Source: a virus | Reading direction: 5' to 3' (one strand) | DNA: 64,000 nt | Virus record (IMG/VR): IMGVR_UViG_3300022173_000074 | Location: 1 to 64,000 of that record | In this document: positions 34,709-45,100 of the stretch, one piece after another | How the letters are laid out: the number at the start of each line of letters is the position of its first letter | Numbering within the stretch: position 1 is the stretch's first letter | The notes under the pieces: model-generated | What the model was told of the DNA's origin: nothing | Database searches by the model: none | Seen by the model: the letters and a program-made list of their open reading frames with translations, nothing else | Position numbers and translations under genes: made by a program

Positions 34709-36949
34709 TTAGGTGCCCCAGTTGAAGTCCCAGTCAAAGCCCCAGCCGCCGGTTTGAAGTCGGACAGGTAGCATGAAACCCTGCAAGCTTTCCAGTCCGT
34801 CTAATTTGGACGTGGCCTGCACGTAGATTAGAGCCTCGCCGCCGAAGTCTCCGGGATCGAGGGTATAGGTAGTGCCGGAGATGCCGTCGTGCGTAGCCAG
34901 CACGGTCGTCTGATCGGCTGCAAGGATTTTAATCGTCGTGGTCTGACCGACTTCCGGCGTCATCGTTGCGCCATCCCAGTAGAACACCGCGACCTCTTCG
35001 TTCAGCCGGTTCCGGTTCGCCCAGGTAACGACAAGAGACGCCGCGCTGTTGCTGTCATCGCGGGCATCGTACTCGCCGAAGCCCTGGCCGTTCACCTTGA
35101 CGTTCGCCGGCCGTAGGGGAAGGTGTGACCGGGCAGAGGTCGTGACCGTATCCACGGGCGCGTCAGCCAACAATAGGACGCCTTTAGAGGTCTTCATCAG
35201 AAGCTTGTAGTTCACGGTTTCGCCGGGCACGCGGCTGGTCTGATCTCCGACCGGCGAGTCTTCGACGATAAACCAGACATGGGTTCCCGTAGGCCAAGCG
35301 CGTGGCACCGTGTCAAGCATGCCGCGAGAGACGATCCAATCGCCGTTGCTGTCGCGATCCGTGATGAAGCCTATCTCGCAGTCCTCTTCGTCCGTACCTT
35401 GGAAATACACGAAGGCTTCGATCTGAGGACCCACGCCGAGAAGGGAGGACGAGAAAGACATTGCACTGGTCAGCTCAGCCGGCAAATCTTCTGTCAGCGT
35501 TGCGCGCTTGTTCAGCGACCGCGTGCCTAGAGATTGGTAAGTCAGGCCGCCGCCGATAGTGGTGACTTCGGTTTGCAGATCATAGGTGAAGGTATCGCTA
35601 CCATTCTGTGTCGCCACCATGCCGACCGCGACTTCGGGTTCGACCGGCATCTTGTTCGCGAACAGTTTGATGAAGAACGAAGGTAGCGTGAAGCCGAGAA
35701 AATCCAGGCGCGGCGATGGCGTTTCGCGACCGTCGTTCCACAGCGAGGACGGCGGCGTTTCTACGCCTTGGACACGGAGCGAGAAGATGTCTTCGATGAC
35801 CGAGATTTTAATCGTCGGGTCAGAGGTCGTGCCGTAATCGATGGTGCCGATTCGCATGACTTGATCGACGATGTTGTTCTTCGTGTTGGATAGCCGAAGC
35901 ACGGAGCCTGGGACCAGACGCCAAGCGGAACGATCCGCGAGGATGGTGCAGGACGCCAGCGGCGCCGAGGACGCGCGGCAGTCGCGGACGGCAAGCTTCG
36001 CAGCGAGCGCGCCATTGCGCACACCGTAGTAGTCGCGGCTGTCGCCCACGGTCGCGCCCTGAGCGATGACGTTGCCCAGCTCTTGATACGTGATGGCGAT
36101 CTTCTCTTCGTTCTCCGGGTTCGTGTATGTGACTGAAATCTGGTTGACGGTTTCGCCCCAGACTTTCCGCTGGTAGTCCACGACCTTACAGTTCGACTCG
36201 TCGAAGACAGGCAGATCGGCGAACACGTAATCGTTCCGCAACAGCTTCATCGTGAAGAGGCCGGTCAACGGATTTACGAAGACGGTGCCTTGGATGTGAT
36301 CCAGGACTTCCGAGATGTAGGATTCAATCGTCGCCTCTGCGAACCAGCCCATCGATAGGCCGAAGCCTTCGCTGTAGAGAGTCGCCGCACAATCCTTGAA
36401 CGATTGCACGTCCATCATCCCGACCGGAGCGCCCATGCAATCGTCGTCGGTCAAGCAGTCAAAGATGATGTGCGCGGGGTTCGCGTCATCACCGATCATC
36501 GCATTCGCGTTCAGGAGTCCGATGTCGAGAGGCTGGCTGGTCAGCTTCATCCAGCACGTCTTCAGGTAAGGCGAGTTGTGCGACCATAGGAAACCACCGG
36601 CGGCCGCAACGCCCGTCATAAACACAGAAGCGATGCCACGGAAGCCGGGGCAATTCGCCTGAGTGACCCCGAACTTCCCGGCCAGCTCTTCGGGCATAAG
36701 CTGATCGTCGCGGCCCGGCAGCCAGTAGACATCGCCGGCGACACCGCCCTCTTTCTGCGGGCCACCGAAAAGGTCTGGTGCGTTGACGCTCGCTACTCCG
36801 GGGGCTGTGAGGTTGCCTTCCCACGCCAGCTTCTCGCCGAAGTACAGGGCGCGCAGAGATACGTTCTCGCCGCCATGGCAGATGCCATAGTGCGTGGACA
36901 TTTTGTACTCTGTGACTTTGGCTTTACCGCCGCCGCTTTTACCGCCCAT
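34709..36949 (-). CDS. large distal tail protein (host-specificity/central fibre-like)
   Basis: 746 aa in tail-tip region. Confidence 0.5.
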   Translation of the reverse strand: MGGKSGGGKAKVTEYKMSTHYGICHGGENVSLRALYFGEKLAWEGNLTAPGVASVNAPDLFGGPQKEGGVAGDVYWLPGRDDQLMPEELAGKFGVTQANCPGFRGIASVFMTGVAAAGGFLWSHNSPYLKTCWMKLTSQPLDIGLLNANAMIGDDANPAHIIFDCLTDDDCMGAPVGMMDVQSFKDCAATLYSEGFGLSMGWFAEATIESYISEVLDHIQGTVFVNPLTGLFTMKLLRNDYVFADLPVFDESNCKVVDYQRKVWGETVNQISVTYTNPENEEKIAITYQELGNVIAQGATVGDSRDYYGVRNGALAAKLAVRDCRASSAPLASCTILADRSAWRLVPGSVLRLSNTKNNIVDQVMRIGTIDYGTTSDPTIKISVIEDIFSLRVQGVETPPSSLWNDGRETPSPRLDFLGFTLPSFFIKLFANKMPVEPEVAVGMVATQNGSDTFTYDLQTEVTTIGGGLTYQSLGTRSLNKRATLTEDLPAELTSAMSFSSSLLGVGPQIEAFVYFQGTDEEDCEIGFITDRDSNGDWIVSRGMLDTVPRAWPTGTHVWFIVEDSPVGDQTSRVPGETVNYKLLMKTSKGVLLLADAPVDTVTTSARSHLPLRPANVKVNGQGFGEYDARDDSNSAASLVVTWANRNRLNEEVAVFYWDGATMTPEVGQTTTIKILAADQTTVLATHDGISGTTYTLDPGDFGGEALIYVQATSKLDGLESLQGFMLPVRLQTGGWGFDWDFNWGT

Positions 36950-37145
36950 CTTGAGTCCTCCGGCGCGCTTCCATTACGGCTCTTCGCGCCATGTCATCGT
37001 CAGTCGCAAGCAAAGTGCTCGCGGGTATTCCGTTGCGGATGAAGTCCTTGAAATCGATCCCGTGCTGTTCCGCGAAACGCCGCTGCCCGGACACGCAGTA
37101 CCCGAGCTTTCTGACATCCGCAATCGTGACACGGAGATCGTCCAT
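36939..37145 (-). CDS. hypothetical protein
   Basis: ORF. Confidence 0.35.
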   Translation of the reverse strand: MDDLRVTIADVRKLGYCVSGQRRFAEQHGIDFKDFIRNGIPASTLLATDDDMARRAVMEARRRTQDGR

Positions 37146-37396
37146 TACTTGCCGCCTCCACCGCCTGTCTTGATCTCGTATTCACGCATAGACTTCTCTC
37201 CGTACCATAGAAGGTTCGGCCCTTTGATAATCATCGTGCCCCAGAACTTAGGGATTGGCTTGTCGGCTTCCGCTGTCGGTGACTCTAAGTCTTTCGACGC
37301 GGCAGACTGCGGACCCTTTGGCTTGGGCGTAATGAGATAGGATATTACCGCGAGAGCGATGGCGATAATAAGCTGGACGACGAAATTCCAAACCAT
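37145..37396 (-). CDS. small membrane protein (N-terminal TM)
   Basis: VVQLIIAIALAVISYLI. Confidence 0.4.
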   Translation of the reverse strand: MVWNFVVQLIIAIALAVISYLITPKPKGPQSAASKDLESPTAEADKPIPKFWGTMIIKGPNLLWYGEKSMREYEIKTGGGGGK

Positions 37397-37406
37397 CTGC
37401 TAAGCC

Positions 37407-38300
37407 TCAATAGAAGACATTGACGAACGTGCCGACTGGATTGTCCGTTGGAATGAACGGGTCGCCGCCGAAGTTCGCGATGTTATTGTGGAGTTGAATG
37501 CAATCGACTTCGCTCAGAGTCAAACTGTAGGCGTGATTGCAGCCGAGCGAAATCCGAACAGCCTGGCCTTCAAGGTCTTTCGTCGATCCCGCCATGTGTA
37601 GAATGTCAACGCCGCCGACGTTCGGTTCGATGTCCAGGACGGCGCGGATTTCCAAGCCAATCGGCACAGTCCATTCTATGACTCCGCCTTGGAATTTATT
37701 CAGGGGGAACGCACCGTTCCAGCCCGGCGTCAGATGAATATAGTTTCCGCCGACAAGCGCTGGCGTGACGGAGATCGTCGCGGCTGGCCGGTTCGCTTTA
37801 CACTTCGGCCCGTAGAGAACATGCGGGCACATGAATTGAAATTTTCGACGTAGGCCGGCCCGCCGAAGGGAGGTCGCGACTGGCTCGCATGACAACTCAC
37901 ATTCATTATCGTCCGTCCGTCGTCCGTTCAGAACCCGACCGGCCCACGTCGCAAGGAACTCTATCGGAGAGTCATCGTCGGTCAAGTGGCCTTGATACAT
38001 TACCATCGTGATCGTGTAAGATGGCGGGTACGATGCGAACTGTTGCGCGATGTCCGTCTGTTGCGGCAGCAAAACTTTCAGCGTTTTACGATCCAGCGTT
38101 CCGCTCGCAGTAACGGCGGCGATGCTCAGTGGGATCGGCTGCGCAGTGATGTCCGTTTCCGTTCCGGGAATGCGGAACAAAAACGATTGTTCTTTGTCCG
38201 TGTATGCATACGTCGCGATCTCTGCGGCGCCGTATCGAAACAGCATCACATTAATCGGTTCGCCGTGCTCGCGGGATTCTTCTCGTGGTGCAAAGCTCAT
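37407..38300 (-). CDS. tail protein
   Basis: 297-aa ORF. Confidence 0.45.
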   Translation of the reverse strand: MSFAPREESREHGEPINVMLFRYGAAEIATYAYTDKEQSFLFRIPGTETDITAQPIPLSIAAVTASGTLDRKTLKVLLPQQTDIAQQFASYPPSYTITMVMYQGHLTDDDSPIEFLATWAGRVLNGRRTDDNECELSCEPVATSLRRAGLRRKFQFMCPHVLYGPKCKANRPAATISVTPALVGGNYIHLTPGWNGAFPLNKFQGGVIEWTVPIGLEIRAVLDIEPNVGGVDILHMAGSTKDLEGQAVRISLGCNHAYSLTLSEVDCIQLHNNIANFGGDPFIPTDNPVGTFVNVFY

Positions 38301-40066
38301 GTCGTGCTTCCGCTATTGCTGTCGTCGATGTCAGGGCGATTGCGCGGCAGCTCTTCGAACGTGAAGCTGACGTTGCAAACAGAGTCGGTCAGCCACGTCT
38401 CTAGCATCTCGTCAGATGACATGCGCCACAGGCTAACCCAAGAGATTTTATCCACATCCATAAGGTCCAGGACATCGAAGCCGAGAGGCTCAAGGAACTG
38501 AATGAAAGACGTAGCAACGCCGTTGGAGTCGAGGTCCGCGAATATGCGGTCGATCACGCACATATGAGTCGTGCCGTCATCCAGAAGAACGCTGATCGCG
38601 GAGCGCGTCCGGTCTTCGCCATAGGTAGCCGCGAAGTCGCCGCCCTCGATCTGGATAAGGTTCTCGTCAGCGGTCCATCCGAACTGTGGGAAGATGTCAG
38701 GCTGCCATGTAGACATATAGAATTCGCGGCAGCGGCCCGCGTTACGATGGAAGAACTGTTTCAAAAGATCGGCATCCGCGACTGTGCGTCCGACATAGTT
38801 GAAGACGAAACGGTCCTTGCCGAAATTGATGTTGACGTGACGCAGGGCACGCCCGACTTCATAGTCTTGCTTCTGCGTGATCCACACCTTCGTCGCGTCC
38901 ATAGGCTCAGCCCAGTTAGGTTTTCGGTCCCACAGCTCGCGGCCATCGAACGTAAGAGGGGCCGGGACAATCGGCGGCGCGACTTCTTCGCCGGGCACAG
39001 AGTCGAAACGCATCGATACGGTGTGGACCCAGTTTGTTACTCGCTGCGCAGTGACTTCGTCGCCGACCCAGCAAACGATTGCAGGGTGAACCTTCGTGCC
39101 GGCGGGCCAAACAAAGTCGTCCGCGTCCACGAAGGTAACGATGTCCGTCTCGCTGTTTGAGTCAGAACCAAGGAAGTCCACGCGGCGCATGGCGTAACGA
39201 CCGTTGTAGTTCAACATCACGTAGGCGTCTGGCGTAACCCAGTAAGGGACGGACGACAATTGCACCACCAGCTCTGTCTCGTTCAGCGGGCCGGCGAGCG
39301 TCGTCCAGCGCGGCAGCTCTGGGATGTAGAAGCGCTGCGATTGGTTCTTCTTCATAAGCGAGTTGTATTGCAGCCGGTGTGCATTGTTTTGCAGATGCAC
39401 GGTGTATCCATAGTTCTTGCGCGGCGTCTGCCGAAGCTGGCGGCGTTGTTCGTCGCCGTGCTCGCTTTCTATGATCGCGGTCTTGAACTCGTAGCCGATC
39501 TCGAATCCGCTCGCCCAGTTTGGCGGGAACGGGAAGATAAGATCGGCTGGCGGCGGCTGGCGGAAGCCAGACACCTGAACGAATTTAATGTCGCCGTTGT
39601 CGAATACGAACGTGAAGCCGTCCGAAAGAATCGTCTCGCCTTCTTTGTCGGCGGTGAACGGGAAACCGACTTGCTGCAAAGCGCCGAAGTTAAACGGAAG
39701 CGCGGGTCCGCCCTGGTGGACACTATCTCCGAAGATCGGAGTCGACGACGTGAACTGTACCGGCGTTAGGTACGAATTCCAGATCGTCATCGTGATAGTT
39801 TTGTCCGCAGTGATCGTACCGAATTCCAGGTTCGGCGGAATCAGATAGATTCGGAAATAGAAATCTTCGAAGAAGGTCTGGATGCGCGAGCCTTGCACGT
39901 ACCGTTGGTTCGTCATGTGCGCGTGAATGTCGGCTTCGTTACCGTGGACCAGAGCTGGCCCTTCGGTAACTTCCCAGGTCGCAATAGGAATCACGCCGCC
40001 GGGGTTATGCTCCCCCGGCGTCGTGAAGCATTCCATGCCGTTCAGGATGACACCGTAGCCAGACAT
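38297..40066 (-). CDS. tail protein (C-terminal DDSNSGSTT)
   Basis: 589 aa; TAATG-coupled to upstream gene. Confidence 0.5.
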   Translation of the reverse strand: MSGYGVILNGMECFTTPGEHNPGGVIPIATWEVTEGPALVHGNEADIHAHMTNQRYVQGSRIQTFFEDFYFRIYLIPPNLEFGTITADKTITMTIWNSYLTPVQFTSSTPIFGDSVHQGGPALPFNFGALQQVGFPFTADKEGETILSDGFTFVFDNGDIKFVQVSGFRQPPPADLIFPFPPNWASGFEIGYEFKTAIIESEHGDEQRRQLRQTPRKNYGYTVHLQNNAHRLQYNSLMKKNQSQRFYIPELPRWTTLAGPLNETELVVQLSSVPYWVTPDAYVMLNYNGRYAMRRVDFLGSDSNSETDIVTFVDADDFVWPAGTKVHPAIVCWVGDEVTAQRVTNWVHTVSMRFDSVPGEEVAPPIVPAPLTFDGRELWDRKPNWAEPMDATKVWITQKQDYEVGRALRHVNINFGKDRFVFNYVGRTVADADLLKQFFHRNAGRCREFYMSTWQPDIFPQFGWTADENLIQIEGGDFAATYGEDRTRSAISVLLDDGTTHMCVIDRIFADLDSNGVATSFIQFLEPLGFDVLDLMDVDKISWVSLWRMSSDEMLETWLTDSVCNVSFTFEELPRNRPDIDDSNSGSTT

Positions 40067-41094
40067 TAGCTGTTAGAGTCCTCTTCGCCCACGTTGATCG
40101 CATAGCCAAACCAATAGGACGTTTCGCTTTCGCGAGGGTCCGTAGTGAAGTCACCTTTCGGAGGGAACTTAGGCATCAGCTTTGAAGAGCTTCGGGCGTG
40201 CGAAGGGAAGACGCGCCACAGCTCGCCGCCGACTACCACTTCTGCGCCGGGTTCGATGTCCTGGACGTTGACGTGACGAATGCCAGCGGGGCGGCCGATA
40301 GGAATGAAGCTGGTGTCTCCGATCACCGGCTTCGAATAGTATAGGTTGATCGGGCCGAGCACCGTCTGACCGGCGAAGGGCGAACGACCGCGTGCGACGT
40401 ATCCATCGTTGATGTCGTCATTGAATCCGCCGAGCACTTCTGTCCCGTCCATAACCGTTATGGGCGTGTTGGAGAACGAGCCTCCGTCGAACGTGCGCAG
40501 GCGATGTGGTTCGTCCGCGTGTTCAACGTGGATCGCTCCGTTCTGTCCCGCGATTTTCCGACGTGTGTTGTAGCTGAAAAGATACTTCATGTGATCGGCG
40601 TTGCGGTAGTCTATGTCCGCTTGGTTCGATTGTGCCGGGCCTTCCGTTCCGCACCAGACTTCGCCGCCGGTGTAGTCACCGATCTTCTCCATGTGTCCGA
40701 CATACATATGCCGGAACAGGTTCGTTCCATACTGCACCACCACATGCAGATACGGCTCCGGCAGAAGGGAGCCTATGAAGTAGACCACGGTTGGATCGAG
40801 ATACGCGCCGGGCGATGCTCCGCGAAGCGGCGAGAAGGACTCCGCATAGGGGAGTTCCGCACCGCCGATTTCGCTGTTGCTGTCTTCCGTCCAGAACGCC
40901 GAGTCCAGCGCTACCCGAAGCGCTTGGTTGCTTGGTGGCGTGAGAACGAAATGGAGCGGAGACGGCGCTGTCGGATGCCAGAACTTCGGCGCATTTACAT
41001 CGGTCAAGTCCGTAGACCAGCCGACCGCAGATGCGAAGGTTCCGAACAGCGGCGGGATGTCCGTCATGTCAGTGATGTTGTGAGCTTCGTACAT
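40066..41094 (-). CDS. tail protein (ends EEDSNS-stop)
   Basis: 342 aa; TAATG coupling. Confidence 0.5.
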   Translation of the reverse strand: MYEAHNITDMTDIPPLFGTFASAVGWSTDLTDVNAPKFWHPTAPSPLHFVLTPPSNQALRVALDSAFWTEDSNSEIGGAELPYAESFSPLRGASPGAYLDPTVVYFIGSLLPEPYLHVVVQYGTNLFRHMYVGHMEKIGDYTGGEVWCGTEGPAQSNQADIDYRNADHMKYLFSYNTRRKIAGQNGAIHVEHADEPHRLRTFDGGSFSNTPITVMDGTEVLGGFNDDINDGYVARGRSPFAGQTVLGPINLYYSKPVIGDTSFIPIGRPAGIRHVNVQDIEPGAEVVVGGELWRVFPSHARSSSKLMPKFPPKGDFTTDPRESETSYWFGYAINVGEEDSNS

Positions 41095-42146
41095 TAGCTG
41101 TTCGAGTCCTCTGCGAAGGTGGAGTTAGAGTCGTTCGGCTTCAGGGCCATCGCCCAGTAGCTCCCGATAGCGGTGCGGAATGTATCGATCACAGTAAGGT
41201 GGATCGTTCCATCCACATCGATTTCATTTTCGATAGAGTTGCCCCGGCCCGGCACATGATAGATGCCGTCCAGCAATCCATATGTCTGGTCGCTTGGGTT
41301 CGCCGCGACCAGTGTAATCGGAGTGAGACAGAAGTTTCCGCCGAGTGCCGGGATCATCCGTTCACGGATTTCATCGTATCCTGGATGGCCGTTCGTTTGG
41401 CCGCCGGGAGAGTTCCCTGAAATTATATCTGCGCCAATGCCGTTCCCCACTCCGAAAAGTTTAGGGGCCAAGTACGCGCCCGACTCTAGGTGGTCGCCGG
41501 AAACGCGAAGCCATCCACCGGAAGGTGAGAGCATCCACGCTGAAGGTTCTGCGTAGCTCGATCCGCCGCCGCTCTGGTGATGGGCATACGGATAGGCCGC
41601 GTGATCGTCTGCCGTGCTGCGCCAGTCAGCCGCTTGCAAGTTTCCGCCGTAACCAGCATCGCCGCCGATGAACATTGGATATGGGTATTGAGTCGGAGTT
41701 CCATAAGGCAGAAAGAAGCCGCCGTAGCAGCACGAATAAACGGTGCCCACCTGGAACACGCAACAGAAGCGGCGGCCGCTGGCTACGAACCAGTAATCCA
41801 TAGCGCTGTCTTTGATTAGGGAGCGCACTGGATGCGTCTGAACATTTACGTGCTCGTCCACATCATCCGCTGCGCCGACCGTACCTGTCATGCCGTACAG
41901 GAAGATTTGGGCCGCGTCGTTCAGCGAGTCCACTTCGAGCCGCAGGCCGACATAGATGTCCGCGTCCGCCGCGAGGCCGGGGCCGCGCAGGACAATGTCC
42001 GTCATGTTAGACCCTGACGATGGAGCTTCCCAATCAATAGCCCAGTTCTGACTCAAGCCCACCAGCTCTGCGTCTGTCGTCAGGAAGTCGATCAGCTTTT
42101 GATAGAGGTCTGCCGCGTCAGTCGCGGTGCCGGTTTGATATGCCAT
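41094..42146 (-). CDS. tail protein (ends AEDSNS-stop; distal tail position)
   Basis: 350 aa directly after tape measure. Confidence 0.5.
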   Translation of the reverse strand: MAYQTGTATDAADLYQKLIDFLTTDAELVGLSQNWAIDWEAPSSGSNMTDIVLRGPGLAADADIYVGLRLEVDSLNDAAQIFLYGMTGTVGAADDVDEHVNVQTHPVRSLIKDSAMDYWFVASGRRFCCVFQVGTVYSCCYGGFFLPYGTPTQYPYPMFIGGDAGYGGNLQAADWRSTADDHAAYPYAHHQSGGGSSYAEPSAWMLSPSGGWLRVSGDHLESGAYLAPKLFGVGNGIGADIISGNSPGGQTNGHPGYDEIRERMIPALGGNFCLTPITLVAANPSDQTYGLLDGIYHVPGRGNSIENEIDVDGTIHLTVIDTFRTAIGSYWAMALKPNDSNSTFAEDSNS

Positions 42147-45100
42147 TACTGAAGCGCTCCGTTGATCTGTTGCCGGTTAGCCGTGATGAAGTTCATAATC
42201 GCAGCTTGGCCGGTCTTCGTTGAAAGTCCTGCCGATACGAAGCTGCCGCTGTCAATAGCGTTGACGATCTTAACATCGCCCTTTGCACCGCCGCCGTTGG
42301 CGGCGTGGCGTGGATTGTCGGCTGTCAAGACTTCTTCGCCCTTTTGAGCGATGATCGGCACTTCATTTGGCTTAAGCCCGCCCACCATGCCGCCGCCGTG
42401 GAAGCGCGCAGCATTGGCGAAGACCGCAGGGTTAACACCATGCACGCGCTGATCGGTCGTGCGTCCGAGGATGCCGCCATTGTGCTTGCCGCCGATGCCC
42501 AGGCCGTTCGCGATTCCGCTGATGAAGCCGCCAGCGCCACTCGATTGGATCGCGCGAAGGATCAACGCTTGGATAATCATCTGCGCGATCTGACGCAGGA
42601 AGTCAGCCGCGAACTGTTGGAACGCGGTGCCTACATCTCCGAGCGCTTCGCCCCATGATTTCGTGCCTTCGATTGCGGCGCCGATAGCGTCCGCCGCGCC
42701 TAGCGTAGCGCCCGTCAATCCTTCAGCCAGCATGTTGTTTGCTTGGGCCGTTGAAAGGACTTCATCCCGCATGATTCGGATTTCGACGTTCGCAGCTTTT
42801 GCCTTATCCACGACATCTTGGAACGCGGGTCCAAGCGTTTCGCCGGCAGTGATGATTTCCGCTTGAAGCTGTTTCGCCTTGATAGACTCTGCGTCAAGCG
42901 CTGCACGGCGCTCTGCAAGTTGCTTCTGCGTCTCGCCGTCTTGCCGAGCCGTTTTGATGTCGCGTTCTCCGTCGCGGATTTTAGCGATGGTGGCGGCGAG
43001 TTCATCCTGTTTCTTGTTCAACGCATCCAGATCGTTGTTCATCTGGATAACTGGACGACGTGCTTCCTCCCACGCCTTGCCCGCTTTCGTGGTCCGGTCG
43101 ATGTTCGCCAGCAATGCTTCGTTGTGGATTTGGTCGTCAACGGTCGTCTCTTGCCGTTGCAGACGGCGAAGCTCGATCTGTTGCTGAAGGATCGTGTTGC
43201 GGAATGACTCCGCTTCGTTCGCGTCGAAGAGAGTCTCAGCGGACTTACGCACGGCTTCCTCTTGCGCCTTCGAAAGCTGCAAGCCTTTTTGCTGCGCGCG
43301 TTCGGTCGCTTGATCGACAGCGCCTTGCACCGCCTTCTCGCGTTCCGGCTTGCCGACTAGCGCCGCTTCCTTGAACCGAAGATCGATGGTCTTCTGAAGT
43401 TCAGCGTTGAACGTGCGCTGCGCGTTCTCTGCTTTCTTACCGTCAGATATGCGGTCGCGGCTGCCTTGTTTCGCCAGCTCTTCAGCCTTGGCTAGTGCGA
43501 TGGTTTTGTTGATCTGGTCAAGCGAGAGAACCACGCCTTCGGCGCGCGCTTTGTTGACGAGGTCCATACCGGCTCGCAGGCCCGCTTGATCCGCCTTTGA
43601 CTTCTTCGATATTTCAATTTCGAACTGACGCGCTTTATTAGAGCGCTCCACTTCGCGCGCGAAAAGTCGTTCCTTCTTAGCCTTCTCTTCGGCGGCGCGG
43701 ATGCCAGCCGGCGAGTTAGCGTCGAGAGGATCGCCACCGGCGCGCGCTTTATCCTGTCCTTGGATTTCGGCCAGCGCTTTAGCTTGGTTGCCCCCGTTGC
43801 GTAGCGTGGCAATGAACAGCCGCATTTGATCTGCGCTGTTTTTGATCTTGCCCGCGAGTTCGTCGAAGAAACCACCGATGGCTTGCAGCGCGCCGGTGTC
43901 CGCGATTGTACGAGTCAGCTCAGCCCACAGGCCCGTCAGCGACCGGAGGGCATCACCCCAAGGGCCGCGAGACTTCGCAGCGATCTCGTCATTCTGCCGG
44001 AGTATGGCGGCTTCAGCAATCTTACGGATTTCCGCTTCGCGGCTCAGACGAGTCGTTGCATCCGTGTTCTCGTCAAGCACGGCGATCTGCGCACGCTCTG
44101 ACGCGGTCAGGAAGTTCAGTTGCTTGTCTAGTGCCGTTACCTCCGCAGCGCCTCCACTGAGAGCCGTGGCGAGCTTGGCGGCGGCTTCCGGTACTTCGAT
44201 GCCCGTGGCGCGAGCTAGGTTCTGTGCGGCGATGCCTAGCTGTTCGAAGTGATCGACCGCGATCCCCGCCGAGAGGAACTCTTTCTCAGACGCAACCGCG
44301 TCCTTCATCGATCCGCCGACATCGTCCAGGCGTTGCGCGATACCGGCAAGCTGTTGGCCGGTAGCGTCAGCCTGACGACCCGCCGTGATAAGCGATAGCT
44401 CGAAGGTCTTGGCGTTATCCGCCGCGTCCTTCAGACGAAGCATGGCAGAAATCAGCGGGGCGAACAGCGCCGCCAAGCCACCGCCGATCAGAAGGCCCCG
44501 GATCGATAGCAAGCTGACCAGCACTTTGTTGAAGGTTGGCGAGAGCTGCGCGATCTGACCGGCTTGCTGACCCAGAGTACGAGTCAAGCTCGTGCCCGAC
44601 GCAAGCTGGGTAGCGATGTCGTTCAATTGGAACGCGAGGTTTTGCGTACGCTGGAACTGAGCTTCCTTCGAGATGCCTTTGCCCTGACCCGCGATAGCCG
44701 CAGTAGTGGCTTTGTTGATCGCGGCGGCCGCTTGTTCCGCAGGCGACTTCAATCCGACGAAGTTGCGGATCATACCGACAAGGGATTTGTTGTAAGCGTC
44801 TACCGCAGCTTTGGACCGGATCGCGGCTGCAGCCTGAAGCTCTACAAGACGTGCGGAGGTTTGCGCCTGCGCTTGCGCGGCGGCAGCCGCACGCTGGTCA
44901 GTCGCGATCTGTTCTTTCCGCGCGTCGATGTTCGCACGAATGCTGGTACGCAGGTTGCCAAGAGTCGCGACTTGATCCTGGTAGGACTTCTTCGCATTCT
45001 GTGCCGCCACCACTGCAAGGGCGGTCTGCGCTTTCAATTCTTCGGTCGGATTCGCGATACCGCGGATTGCTGTGGCGAGCCGAGCAGCTTCATCTTCTGC